A stretch of 44,141 bases of DNA, taken from Bacteroidota bacterium. GTDB taxonomy: Bacteria; Bacteroidota; Ignavibacteria; Kryptoniales; JAKASW01. The notes below the pieces were generated by a model. The model worked only from the letters and a program-made list of their open reading frames with translations. It was not told where the DNA came from and made no database searches. The position numbers and the translations under genes were made by a program. Location: positions 1-44,141 of the forward strand of contig JAKASW010000003.1 of assembly GCA_021818875.1 (NCBI GenBank). Reading direction: 5' to 3'. This document shows, in pieces, positions 8,283 to 17,376 of this stretch (the stretch's first letter is position 1; every line of letters starts with the position of its first letter).

Positions 8283-10771
8283 CAAAACTCCGCCTCGATT
8301 CCGGCGACTGGAAGCAGGGCAAACTGGTACACTGTCTCTCTCGTACCATCAGAGTTGTATTGATAGAAGGCAACGTTCTTCCGGTTGTAGATGTTTTGCA
8401 CCGACAACAGGATCACAAGGCTCCAGGCGCGGAAATTGTACCTGCTTGAGAACTCTATGTCAAGCCGGTGATAATCAGGATATCTCGCAGAATTGATGTT
8501 CGACGTCGTTTGCCACGAGCCTGCCGTCCAGGTGGATCCGCCGACCCGGTGTTGCACGTTCGTGGAGTAAACTTCCGGAGTGTAAGGCATGCCGGTTGCG
8601 TATCGCCATCTCAAACTGATCCCCATGTCATTCGAGAAAGGTAGTATATGGCTCGGATACTTTATGTAGAAGGGCATATCGTCAAGGCTGGAACGCAAAT
8701 TGGCGAACCGTTTTCCCGCGATCACGGTGAGCACGTAAGGCGTATCGTACCAGGATGGAAAAGTCCTTCCTTCCCACCCGATTCGCGGGTCGTAGTATTT
8801 AGAGAACATCCTGGAGAGACATATCGTCCCATAAAGATCTTTTACAAGTTTTTGCTGTACGAGAAAGTCAATCCCGTATACATCCTCTCTACCGGCGTTG
8901 ACAATTTGTGCTGACCTCGCGGTTTGATCGCTGAAGAGAATAAAGTTCTCTGAGATTGGAAGGCCGGAGTACTGTTTGTAGTAGCCTTCAATATTGATCT
9001 TCAATCCTTCAACGACAATATCCTCAACTCCAAGGACATAATGGTCCGCTACGCTGCTCGATAGATGCCTGTTGATCCCGGATTGGTATCTGTCCCCGAA
9101 ATCGGGGAGAGGAGGAGTCTGATAGTATTTCCCGAAAGCCATATTTGCTGTCAGGACATTAGGGACGATCGAATAGGAAGCAGATAATCGCGGGCTCAGG
9201 TTTCCTTTTCTGCTGTAAGAAAAGTAGTCATACCTGAGTCCGAGATTGAATACGAGCCGCCCGTCAAAGAGACTTACCTTATCGTTGACGTACGCATAGC
9301 CTTTGTAATAATCGGGAAAACCAAAGTCATAGTTGATGTTCGAAGCAGGTACAACTACTGTAGTATCGTATTCACCAAAATTATACCGAGTGGTGTCGGT
9401 ATCAGCTGATTCGAACGCCTTGAAGTTTATGAATTTCACAGCACCGCCAAGATCACACTGATTTATTCTGTCCACATTCCACATGAATTCAGACTTCAAA
9501 TCGGTTTCTCCCTCATTGTCATCCGCACCGTATATTTTTCTGGTGTTAAGGACGTTCGTGGAGCTTACCTTCCCGTCTCCGCCATAGATCCTCTGTGTGA
9601 ATTCTGAATTGACCAGGACGTTACTGTAATAATTGTTCTTCGAAAGCGTAACAACAGAAACGAGGTCGTCGGACCACCTGCTGTTCAGTGTTGCACCTGC
9701 CGCATACTGGTGCTGCCTGACGCTGACGTTGTAGACATCCACCAAATCGGACTTACCCGCAAGGGCGAGGTTGGTAACCTGTGGCTCGCCCGCAATGTTG
9801 ATTCTGTCGTTGCCGTATATTCCTGAGAGAGAAAACTTGTGATTCTCGGAGAGATCGTATACGGCTTTCCCCTGGAGATCATAGTATTTCGGAACTGCGG
9901 TGAGCCCGACCGCACCTGCAATCATGTCGATGTAACTGTTCCTTGCCGAGATAATCCACGATCCCTTCCCACCGTTCAGCCTGCCTTCCAGCACAGAGCC
10001 ATAGCCTGCCATCGACAGGTTTGCATTCCCGGACAGAAGTTTATCTCGCGTTCCATCTCTTGTCCTAATGTTTATGACCGACGATGACTTGTCGCCATAC
10101 TTGGAAATGAAACCGCCTGTCGAGAACTGCACATCCTGGATCAGATCGACATTCACTATGTTTATCGGGCCACCGGAATTATACTGGTTCGGATAGTGGT
10201 TTGTCGACTGGACTTCCATGTGATCGAGAGTTGTCAGGTTCTCATCCGGTGCCCCACCCCTCACCAGAAGTTCGTTCGTTTGATCAGTTGAGAAAGAGAC
10301 ACCCGGCATTCCTTGAAGTACTCGCTGATAGTCCATGTCGGATCCCGGAGATCTCCTGATCTCCTCCGATCCGAGGGCCACGGTACTTACAAAGTTCTCG
10401 ATCGAAGCTCTCTCGAAATAGTCCGGACTCACGGTCACCTGGTCAAGCTGCAGTGGCATCTCAGTCATCTTCACATTCACCGGGGTCTCGCTACCGGTTC
10501 TTACGATGATGTCTGTCTTCACAACGGGCTGATAACCGACCATGCTGATCCTGAGAGAGTAGCTCCCGACGGGTACAACTACTTTGAACCGCCCGTTGAA
10601 ATCGGTCATCGTCCCGGTATTCTTTAGCTCAACAACAACTGCGGTTGCCCCCACAAGCGGCTCCCCCATTTTCGAATCTGCGACTGATCCAGTGATCGTA
10701 CCGGTCTGTGAATATGCTTCCGAAAATAGAAGAGACAGCACTGCCAATGATCGTGCAATATTGCTCAGCAT
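8282..10771 (-). CDS. TonB-dependent outer-membrane receptor with N-terminal carboxypeptidase-regulatory-like domain
   Basis: Signal peptide, GTITGSVAD..GEPLVGAT..TDFNGRF domain, plug motifs MPGV / LLVRGG..DEN / GGFISKYGDKSSSVINI, LGLRYDYF, RYPDYHRLD, NIYNRKN, and C-terminal Phe. Confidence 0.93.
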   Translation of the reverse strand: MLSNIARSLAVLSLLFSEAYSQTGTITGSVADSKMGEPLVGATAVVVELKNTGTMTDFNGRFKVVVPVGSYSLRISMVGYQPVVKTDIIVRTGSETPVNVKMTEMPLQLDQVTVSPDYFERASIENFVSTVALGSEEIRRSPGSDMDYQRVLQGMPGVSFSTDQTNELLVRGGAPDENLTTLDHMEVQSTNHYPNQYNSGGPINIVNVDLIQDVQFSTGGFISKYGDKSSSVINIRTRDGTRDKLLSGNANLSMAGYGSVLEGRLNGGKGSWIISARNSYIDMIAGAVGLTAVPKYYDLQGKAVYDLSENHKFSLSGIYGNDRINIAGEPQVTNLALAGKSDLVDVYNVSVRQHQYAAGATLNSRWSDDLVSVVTLSKNNYYSNVLVNSEFTQRIYGGDGKVSSTNVLNTRKIYGADDNEGETDLKSEFMWNVDRINQCDLGGAVKFINFKAFESADTDTTRYNFGEYDTTVVVPASNINYDFGFPDYYKGYAYVNDKVSLFDGRLVFNLGLRYDYFSYSRKGNLSPRLSASYSIVPNVLTANMAFGKYYQTPPLPDFGDRYQSGINRHLSSSVADHYVLGVEDIVVEGLKINIEGYYKQYSGLPISENFILFSDQTARSAQIVNAGREDVYGIDFLVQQKLVKDLYGTICLSRMFSKYYDPRIGWEGRTFPSWYDTPYVLTVIAGKRFANLRSSLDDMPFYIKYPSHILPFSNDMGISLRWRYATGMPYTPEVYSTNVQHRVGGSTWTAGSWQTTSNINSARYPDYHRLDIEFSSRYNFRAWSLVILLSVQNIYNRKNVAFYQYNSDGTRETVYQFALLPVAGIEAEF

Positions 10772-10867
10772 TTCTACAACTTTCTTCTATTGATTTAGGT
10801 GCGGAGAGGAATCTCTGGTCAAAAGACGCCTGTTTCGTCTGCTTTTCGATGGACGAATCAGAAGAAT

Positions 10868-10895
10868 AATACGGAACAGTTTACAAAAGGTTCCC
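10868..10895 (-). promoter_or_regulatory. Putative ECF sigma-factor promoter upstream of the TBDR operon
   Basis: Minus strand reads GGGAAC-cttttgtaaactgttc(16 nt)-CGTATT, matching the AAC-N16-CGT ECF consensus, about 100 nt upstream of the ATG at 10771. Confidence 0.55.
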
Positions 10896-11076
10896 CAGAG
10901 GCTGTCTCCCTGCTGAGAAGGTTTTGGTTCCTATGAAGAACCAGCCTTTGTACCATTGGAGTAAAGACGGTTGTGGAGAATTGCCCTGAGCAGCAAAATC
11001 GCAAGACTCTAGTAATCCGAACTATAATTGAGATACACGAAATGATGGAATGCCTGATCAGGAGGTGCGTCCTGTG

Positions 11077-14000
11077 CTACCGCAGAAGCATCATCTTCTT
11101 AACTGCCCTGTAATTGCCAGCCTGAAAGAGGCAAAGATAAACCCCCGATGCCGACTCCGTTCCATTGTTGTCTCTCCCGTTCCATTGGACGGTGTAGCTG
11201 CCGGGAGCCTGACCCGCATCCACCAGCGTTGCCACTTTTCGACCAAGTATATCGTAAATGTTCACCTTAACCCATTCGCTCCGTGGGAGATCGTACTCTA
11301 TCGTGGTAGATGGGTTAAACGGATTCGGATAATTCTGACTAAGATAAAACCCTTTCGGCACCTTTGAACTTATATCAACTATTCCGGTCACCTCGGTAAC
11401 TACTGCTCTTATCATAAGAGACACAGGGATTGAATAATCAGAGCTGTCAAACTGGTACCATGTGGAATCGCCAGCAATATAAGCCCACGCCCTATTGTTC
11501 CAAACAGTATCTATACCGACACGCGGCTCATCTTTGCCGTCGTATTTGATCCCAACGAAGAAATCGTTGCTTGAAGTTGTTGAAAGGCTGATGTCTTGAG
11601 ATGAAACATCAACTGTGTTCCACCCAAGTGCAGACTTAAGAAGCGGCCCGGTAAAGATGGGACTGGCGGCGGGCACATCAGGCGCCGACGGACTACTGGT
11701 ATACACGACGGGGCAGAAATGAGAAGTGTCTTCTTGCGTCACATTATCTCCGAGTATGTAATATAGAAGACTACTTATCGTTACTGATCTTGTGGGTGCA
11801 GTTAACCTATTCGCAAAGACGTCGCCTGCCGCATTTGTGTACAAATACGCCGCGTACATACCGCCATCATACGATAACAGGTCTCCGCTTGAATTTAAAT
11901 ATTTGCCGCTGCTGAATACGCCGCTCCCGTGTGTCGCTACTACGACTTTACCGTCTGTGTCTCTGCTTATTACCATCTCGCAAACAACATTCCCGATCGT
12001 GCCTGCCCCTTCCTGAGCCCAAACTGTCGAAGTCCCGTTCAACTGCGTTGTGGAGTACAAGCCGGTGGTGGTTGCAACATAATAGAAGGTTGTCCCTCCA
12101 TAGTTTAGTATCGATGCCCAGAGGCAGGCCGGACCATCACCCGATCCATCAGGGTATTGTTCCAGGTTGCCGGCTACGTCTTTCCAGCTGTTGCCTCCGT
12201 CGGTGGTATAATACAGGCTTATCACACCGTAGTTCGAATATACCAGCATCGCGTTGTTTGCATTATCCGGATCGACAGCGATGCAACTCACGTAGGCACT
12301 GTCGGGAAGTCCCTTATTGGACCATACATCGACCGGCATAGGATTACCTGTGTTGGCACTGTCTACACGATACACTTTGCCTGACGCTGTCCCGAAGTAC
12401 AGTATGTTTGCCGGCGTCGTGGATATGCCGAGCGCGGTTATCGGGTCATTGGCAACTGCCGTATTGCTCATCAATGTCCAAGTGACAGAAAGTGAAGAAT
12501 CGTTCCAATCCGGTATCGAACTCAGGGCGTTGTCGCGCCAGATGCTGTCCCCTGCAGCAAAATACATGATGTTGTTGTTATTAGGATCAAGTACATAAGG
12601 AGCAAAGAATAGAAAGTCGGTACCCCCTGCGGGGGTAATCTTTGTAATAGTTAAATTGGTGCCCTCGTTATTCAAAGTGACTCTCCATAGTGATCCGTTC
12701 TGATATTCCACATAATAGAATTTCTTGCCGTTGGCTATATCTGCGTAGCCCCCGTCATCCGAAGGCTGATTTAATATATTCCAGTATGTTGGAGCATCGG
12801 CAGAATTGAAGAAAAGGTCGCCCCAATCTTGTAGGCCTCCGATTACGACATTGTCCCCATTTGCGGATTGATCCATTGCCACACTATAAAATTGCGAAGT
12901 GACATAACCGTTGTTCAAACTTGTCCATGTGACCGGCGTTGAGGTGATGTCATCTGTTTTGTATATCCCTCCGTCATTGCCGACAATGACATGGTCGGAA
13001 TTTGAAGGGAGAAAAACCAGGGTCTGTTGGTCAGGATGCTGGTCGGGATAAAAGCTGTAATTACTGTTCGTGGGAGAAAAGCCTCCGATCCAATCCGAAG
13101 TACCGATGGGGGTTGCAAAACCGTCAGTAGATCTATAAAGATTCGTCCCTCCTATAATCACAAAATTTGGATTATCAGGTTTCACTTTGATTAACATGTC
13201 GTAACCCTGTTGAGCGTCGTAATCACCGCTTTGCCCTCCAAGTGCAGGAATATTAGAAGATCTGTCCTCCCAGGCTCCCCCACTGCCCGCACCATCTCCG
13301 GAAACATAAGTATATTTCCATAGACTGAATCCGTCAGTGCTAAGTCCCTGATATAAATATGCTCCTGGAGTCGGTAGTATCTTGCCTGCTCCGGGCGTCT
13401 CGGCTAAAAAGTAAACTTCGTCTTCGTCCGAAGGCGCTGCCGCAAGCACAATTCTATGGTAAACCTTTGGCCAGCCTGACGGAGTTATATTGACAAAACT
13501 TCCTGCATCTCCTGTCGTCGACCTCCATATACCCGGATCTTTGCCTGCATTACTGCTCAACACTGCATATACAACTCCCGTTGGAGTCACTTCTACATCA
13601 GTCCAAATAACCTGTGATAAGGGTACACCCATATAGCTCGACGCGCTTGGGGCTGTTGTATCTCCCAAAACTAAATTCCAGGTTGAGCCTCCGTCTGTAG
13701 ACTTCATGATTCCCCCGAAAACTGCTGCATAAACTACATCCTCAGAAAAGTTCGAGGGGTCGACTGCAATATCGTAAACAAATTGAAATGCATTGCTAAA
13801 GACCTGAGGAGTGTTGACTTCCGTGGAAATCAACGGCTGCCAACTTTGTCCATCATCGGTCGATTTGAAGATGCCATTCCCTGTTATGCCGGCGCTGTTA
13901 CCGAATATTTCGCCCGTTCCATAGTAGAAAACGTTCGTATGTCCGGGCCGTACATCCTGAGCAACGCAAGAAACGCTTTGTAATTGCTCTGCCCCTGTGG

Positions 14001-14424
14001 TCTTTTGCCAGGTTAGTCCTCCATCCGAAGACCGCCACATGCCACCAGACACGCCGCCGGCAAGAACCACGCTCTCGTTGGACACATCCACGGCTATGGC
14101 TCTTGTTCTCCCGCCTATATTTGTCGGGCCCAGAGGTGTCCATGACGTGCTTTGAACCTCTTCATAACCGTTTTTGATAGGAGACTTCCCCGCTACGGGA
14201 AGCGTTTTTGCATATTGTAATTCAAGATTTCCAATGTTATTAGGAATCTGTCCCGTCTTTGGGTCCCGAAGCCTCATGAACTCGTATCTCCATCGGGACG
14301 AGGCATCTTCACTGTTTCTTCTGATGATCTCGTTTCCGCCTGCCAGCTGTTGCGGCGTTGCCATTTTACTTGCCGCTAAGATCACTGCCGCCGAAAGGGA
14401 CAGTGTCTTAAATAGGTCCTTCAT
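11077..14424 (-). CDS. T9SS-secreted BNR/Asp-box beta-propeller protein (VPS10/GH74-like) with FlgD-Ig / T9SS type A sorting domain
   Basis: Signal peptide, WTPLGPTNIGGRTRAIAVD, multiple Asp-boxes (SSDGGLTW, STDDGQSW, STDGGSTW, TTDGGNSW), HPDQQ, VATHGSGVF, and C-terminal LSQNYPNPFNPSTTIEYDLP...WNGRD...SGVYL...KKMMLLR. Confidence 0.88.
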   Translation of the reverse strand: MKDLFKTLSLSAAVILAASKMATPQQLAGGNEIIRRNSEDASSRWRYEFMRLRDPKTGQIPNNIGNLELQYAKTLPVAGKSPIKNGYEEVQSTSWTPLGPTNIGGRTRAIAVDVSNESVVLAGGVSGGMWRSSDGGLTWQKTTGAEQLQSVSCVAQDVRPGHTNVFYYGTGEIFGNSAGITGNGIFKSTDDGQSWQPLISTEVNTPQVFSNAFQFVYDIAVDPSNFSEDVVYAAVFGGIMKSTDGGSTWNLVLGDTTAPSASSYMGVPLSQVIWTDVEVTPTGVVYAVLSSNAGKDPGIWRSTTGDAGSFVNITPSGWPKVYHRIVLAAAPSDEDEVYFLAETPGAGKILPTPGAYLYQGLSTDGFSLWKYTYVSGDGAGSGGAWEDRSSNIPALGGQSGDYDAQQGYDMLIKVKPDNPNFVIIGGTNLYRSTDGFATPIGTSDWIGGFSPTNSNYSFYPDQHPDQQTLVFLPSNSDHVIVGNDGGIYKTDDITSTPVTWTSLNNGYVTSQFYSVAMDQSANGDNVVIGGLQDWGDLFFNSADAPTYWNILNQPSDDGGYADIANGKKFYYVEYQNGSLWRVTLNNEGTNLTITKITPAGGTDFLFFAPYVLDPNNNNIMYFAAGDSIWRDNALSSIPDWNDSSLSVTWTLMSNTAVANDPITALGISTTPANILYFGTASGKVYRVDSANTGNPMPVDVWSNKGLPDSAYVSCIAVDPDNANNAMLVYSNYGVISLYYTTDGGNSWKDVAGNLEQYPDGSGDGPACLWASILNYGGTTFYYVATTTGLYSTTQLNGTSTVWAQEGAGTIGNVVCEMVISRDTDGKVVVATHGSGVFSSGKYLNSSGDLLSYDGGMYAAYLYTNAAGDVFANRLTAPTRSVTISSLLYYILGDNVTQEDTSHFCPVVYTSSPSAPDVPAASPIFTGPLLKSALGWNTVDVSSQDISLSTTSSNDFFVGIKYDGKDEPRVGIDTVWNNRAWAYIAGDSTWYQFDSSDYSIPVSLMIRAVVTEVTGIVDISSKVPKGFYLSQNYPNPFNPSTTIEYDLPRSEWVKVNIYDILGRKVATLVDAGQAPGSYTVQWNGRDNNGTESASGVYLCLFQAGNYRAVKKMMLLR

Positions 14425-14445
14425 AACGGCTCATCCAAAATCCTG

Positions 14446-15048
14446 TCAATGATGAACTGTCTGTGCGGGTGGAATTGGATCATGCACCATGTTATGAACA
14501 GGGCGTATGCTTCTTAGATAGGCATAGATGTCGCGTAAGTCGTTATTAGACATTCGACCGATTTCCTGCCATGGCATCGGTGGCAAAAGCGGGCGACCGC
14601 TTCCCCAGTATTGGCCTTTCCGCATGGCGTCAACGAATGTTTTCTCTGTCCAATCACCTATCCCAGTAGCACTATCGGGAGTCAAATTTGCGGCAAAACT
14701 AACTCCCCAAGGACCGGCGAAAATTGTTCCATCACCGGTACCCAGGAATCCCCACCCATTTGGCCCCAGTGTACCTTTCGGTATCTCAGGAACCTTCTCG
14801 TCTGCCGGGGCCCCGGATAACATCCTCTTGAAATCTGGCACCGGACCTTTTGGAGTCATTATTCTGGGTGTGTGGCAATCATTACACCCTCCGATAGTGT
14901 TCACCAGGTATGCTCCCCTCTGTATCTCGGCTCTGGTAAAGTGGTTCGCTGACCGACTACCTTTTTCCTTCGGCAAAACAAACGCCACGAGAAACGCAAC
15001 GCTCACAAACATACCTAGCATGATCGATAAGAGTTTCATTTGGGTCAT
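14446..15048 (-). CDS. Mono-heme c-type cytochrome (c-553-like; resembles one module of ADH/GADH cytochrome subunits)
   Basis: N-terminal TM/signal, RGAYLV..GGCNDCHTP (CxxCH), GPWGVSFAANLTPD..TGIGDW, PPMPW (likely distal Met) and DLRDIYAYLRS. Confidence 0.88.
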   Translation of the reverse strand: MTQMKLLSIMLGMFVSVAFLVAFVLPKEKGSRSANHFTRAEIQRGAYLVNTIGGCNDCHTPRIMTPKGPVPDFKRMLSGAPADEKVPEIPKGTLGPNGWGFLGTGDGTIFAGPWGVSFAANLTPDSATGIGDWTEKTFVDAMRKGQYWGSGRPLLPPMPWQEIGRMSNNDLRDIYAYLRSIRPVHNMVHDPIPPAQTVHH

Positions 15049-15100
15049 CCTTCTTTTCTTTATGTGTGGTGGATCAAGGAGATTGTTACGATGCCACTCA

Positions 15101-15688
15101 TCAAATGCCCGTAGCGAGATGGGCCATCACAAAGATGATGGCTATCTGCATCACGCCTTGTATAGCGGTGATTCTGACATAATTCTTCATGAGTCTTTGT
15201 ATCTTCCGCCCGTCGGGATTTTCTTTTCTCAGCTCGAAATAAACGCGCAGGTTGGTGGGGAGTAGAAACCCGATGCCCTGTATTGCAAGAACCAGTAGGA
15301 TGAAGTATACGGAGATCATCCACCAGTAGTGCGGAAAACCTGCGTTGAGGTAGCCCAGCATCGATGCAAGAGCGAACCCTGCAGTCGGAGTAATTATGGC
15401 AAGAGTCGGCATATAAAATACCATCTTGGGCATCAACCTCGTGATGAGGTTCTTCCGCGATTGCAGATCAAGTTTTCGCATGATGGGACCCAGAACGAAT
15501 CCCATGAAGAGATCAGTACCGGTCCAAAGTAGACCGGCAAGTACGTGTATGAAATTGATCATCCGGAAGTCACGTAACTCTACGACTGAAATCGTCACGG
15601 CAATTGCGAGAAGAGCCCATATGACGTTACGCATTCTGATTTGTGGCTGCTCGGCCACCGTGCCGGAGACAGCTGCTTCGATACTCAT
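15101..15688 (-). CDS. Hypothetical inner-membrane protein (5 TM; CopD/DUF2269-like His-bearing helical bundle)
   Basis: 195 aa with five hydrophobic segments. FIHVLAGLLWTG resembles the HxxxxxxWxG motif of CopD/DUF2269/DUF4149-type proteins. GAGGAG RBS. Confidence 0.65.
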   Translation of the reverse strand: MSIEAAVSGTVAEQPQIRMRNVIWALLAIAVTISVVELRDFRMINFIHVLAGLLWTGTDLFMGFVLGPIMRKLDLQSRKNLITRLMPKMVFYMPTLAIITPTAGFALASMLGYLNAGFPHYWWMISVYFILLVLAIQGIGFLLPTNLRVYFELRKENPDGRKIQRLMKNYVRITAIQGVMQIAIIFVMAHLATGI

Positions 15689-15779
15689 TGCGACTCCTCA
15701 ATTAGGTTTTCAGTTTTTTGTTGGAGATGTCTGGCCTGGAGCAAAAGAATCGATGTCGGAATAATTCAGAGTACAGAAA

Positions 15780-16514
15780 TCAAAAATCAAATCTGACTCC
15801 CGCATCCAGGTTGAAGTAGCCTGGAGCATTCTGGATCGTAAAGACAACGGGTCCACTTCCTCCGCCTGGAGCTGAGGCGTTTGTCGTAAGCTGGTACGAT
15901 CCGGAAAACGGTATCAGGTGTTTGAACTGAATAAATGGTTGAATCCCCGGCAGGACATCAAAGTAGGCACCGTAAAAAATCGATAGACCCACCTGGAAGT
16001 CCGTAGCACCAGTGATGACCGTTCCGGCAGGAAGGTTGGGCGGCCCTCCATCGGTGTTCGTGTTGTCGAACAGGTTTAGAGCCAATCCGATTCCGCCGTA
16101 AGGCGAGAGGAAGAAGCCGGGAATTATGAACCTATGGATAGGCATCAAATCAAGGGAAAAGATTTCGGCGCCTCCGCCAGTGAAACCTGCCGCCGCAAAC
16201 GATCCTGCTCCTTGGTTATTGTCGTAGGCATTCTGAAAGAAATTTATTGCCGACCAACTCACGTTGCCTTCCAGGTCCAGCCGATATATCGGGGTGGGAA
16301 ATTTGAGCTCGTAACCGAGCCCGACTGCCACATTGAATGCTGTTCCACCTCCGTCAGCAGTTCCCATCTGTCCGACCAGCCCTCCGGCATCTTGAGTTGC
16401 TGCTCCGTTCAATCCGTAAACCTTGAAACCGACCTGAGGTGACAGGTAAATTTGTGCCATGGCGCTGCTGAAACTCAACCCGAACATTGTAAGAAATACA
16501 GCAATAGTACGCAT
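15780..16514 (-). CDS. Outer-membrane beta-barrel protein (OmpA/OmpW-like 8-stranded)
   Basis: Signal peptide ending SAMA-Q, alternating strands (VGLGYEL, SPYGGIGLA, QPFIQFKH) and C-terminal AGVRFDF beta-signal. GGAGG RBS. Confidence 0.8.
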   Translation of the reverse strand: MRTIAVFLTMFGLSFSSAMAQIYLSPQVGFKVYGLNGAATQDAGGLVGQMGTADGGGTAFNVAVGLGYELKFPTPIYRLDLEGNVSWSAINFFQNAYDNNQGAGSFAAAGFTGGGAEIFSLDLMPIHRFIIPGFFLSPYGGIGLALNLFDNTNTDGGPPNLPAGTVITGATDFQVGLSIFYGAYFDVLPGIQPFIQFKHLIPFSGSYQLTTNASAPGGGSGPVVFTIQNAPGYFNLDAGVRFDF

Positions 16515-16628
16515 AGGTCCTCCGCCTTCTCAAATTGATACTAGCAAAACCCGCCGATGGTTCTTCAAGCCATATCGTCGCAGGCTTTTAATGTGCGAAT
16601 CGAATTTAGCGAAGTACTTCTCAGGTGA

Positions 16629-16650
16629 GCAATCGCATGAAAATGTGATT
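16629..16650. promoter_or_regulatory. Palindromic operator, copy 1 (upstream of the beta-barrel gene)
   Basis: GCAATCGCATGAAAATGTGATT, containing the inverted repeat AATCGCAT-N4-ATGTGATT. 21/22 identical to the copy at 17347-17368. Confidence 0.75.
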
Positions 16651-16674
16651 TTGCGTGTTATGGCCGGCCAGGAT

Positions 16675-17304
16675 TCAGGCGGGCTTGTTTCGTCTGCCCC
16701 GCGACAGCAGCTCGTATCGGCTGTTAACATGCAGCTTTTCGTACACATGCCTGACATGAGCCCTGACGGTATCGATGCTGACAAAGAGTCTTTCAGCGAT
16801 TTCCCTGTACCTATACCCCTGGCAAAGAAGTGAGAGGATTTCTCTTTCTCTCTCCGTCAGTTCAGATTGCTCGTCACTACTCGGGCTCTGAAACGCCTCA
16901 ACCACTTTTCGAGCGATACTTGGCGACATCGGAGATCCGCCGTTGTACAGTTCCTTGATAGCAGAGATAAGCCTTTCCGGCGGAGTGTCCTTCAGAATGT
17001 AGCCGCTTGCGCCGGCTTTTAGAGATTCGAAAATTCTTTCGTCGTCTTCGTAAACCGTCAGCATCATGATCAGGATTTCGGGGATTCTCGCTTTTACCTG
17101 CCTTGCTAAGTCGATCCCCGACTGGCCGGGAAGTCCGATGTCCACCAGGATAACGTCAGCGTTCAGAGGACCGATTCTCTGTAATGCCGATTCAGCGTCA
17201 GCGAACTTCGCAACGCAGATTAAGTCGTTGCCTCTTTCCATCAGGGCTGCGATTCCCTCACGGACAGTTTCTACGTCTTCGATTATGGCCGCTCGAATTG
17301 GCAT
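16675..17304 (-). CDS. NarL/LuxR-family DNA-binding response regulator
   Basis: REC domain (IIED, LVDIGLPGQSG, MLTVYED, GASGYILKD) plus LuxR HTH (LTEREREIL..G..YREIAERLFVSIDTVRAHVRHVYEKLHV). Confidence 0.95.
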   Translation of the reverse strand: MPIRAAIIEDVETVREGIAALMERGNDLICVAKFADAESALQRIGPLNADVILVDIGLPGQSGIDLARQVKARIPEILIMMLTVYEDDERIFESLKAGASGYILKDTPPERLISAIKELYNGGSPMSPSIARKVVEAFQSPSSDEQSELTEREREILSLLCQGYRYREIAERLFVSIDTVRAHVRHVYEKLHVNSRYELLSRGRRNKPA

Positions 17305-17346
17305 CGGTTCTTGCTGACAACTAATTAAGAGACTTGGCGGACATTG

Positions 17347-17368
17347 GCAATCGCATGATAATGTGATT
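17347..17368. promoter_or_regulatory. Palindromic operator, copy 2 (upstream of the response regulator; likely autoregulatory)
   Basis: GCAATCGCATGATAATGTGATT in the 72-nt gap between kinase and regulator. Confidence 0.75.
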
Positions 17369-17376
17369 AATCAAGA

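Noticed and set aside
10918-10950. Hairpin TGGTTC-N7-GAACCA as terminator of the T9SS gene
   Set aside because: Short stem with no U-tract on the minus strand; not supportable as an intrinsic terminator.
14528-15265. 245-aa plus-strand ORF
   Set aside because: Antisense to the cytochrome c and membrane-protein genes; Pro/Ser-rich shadow with no family features.
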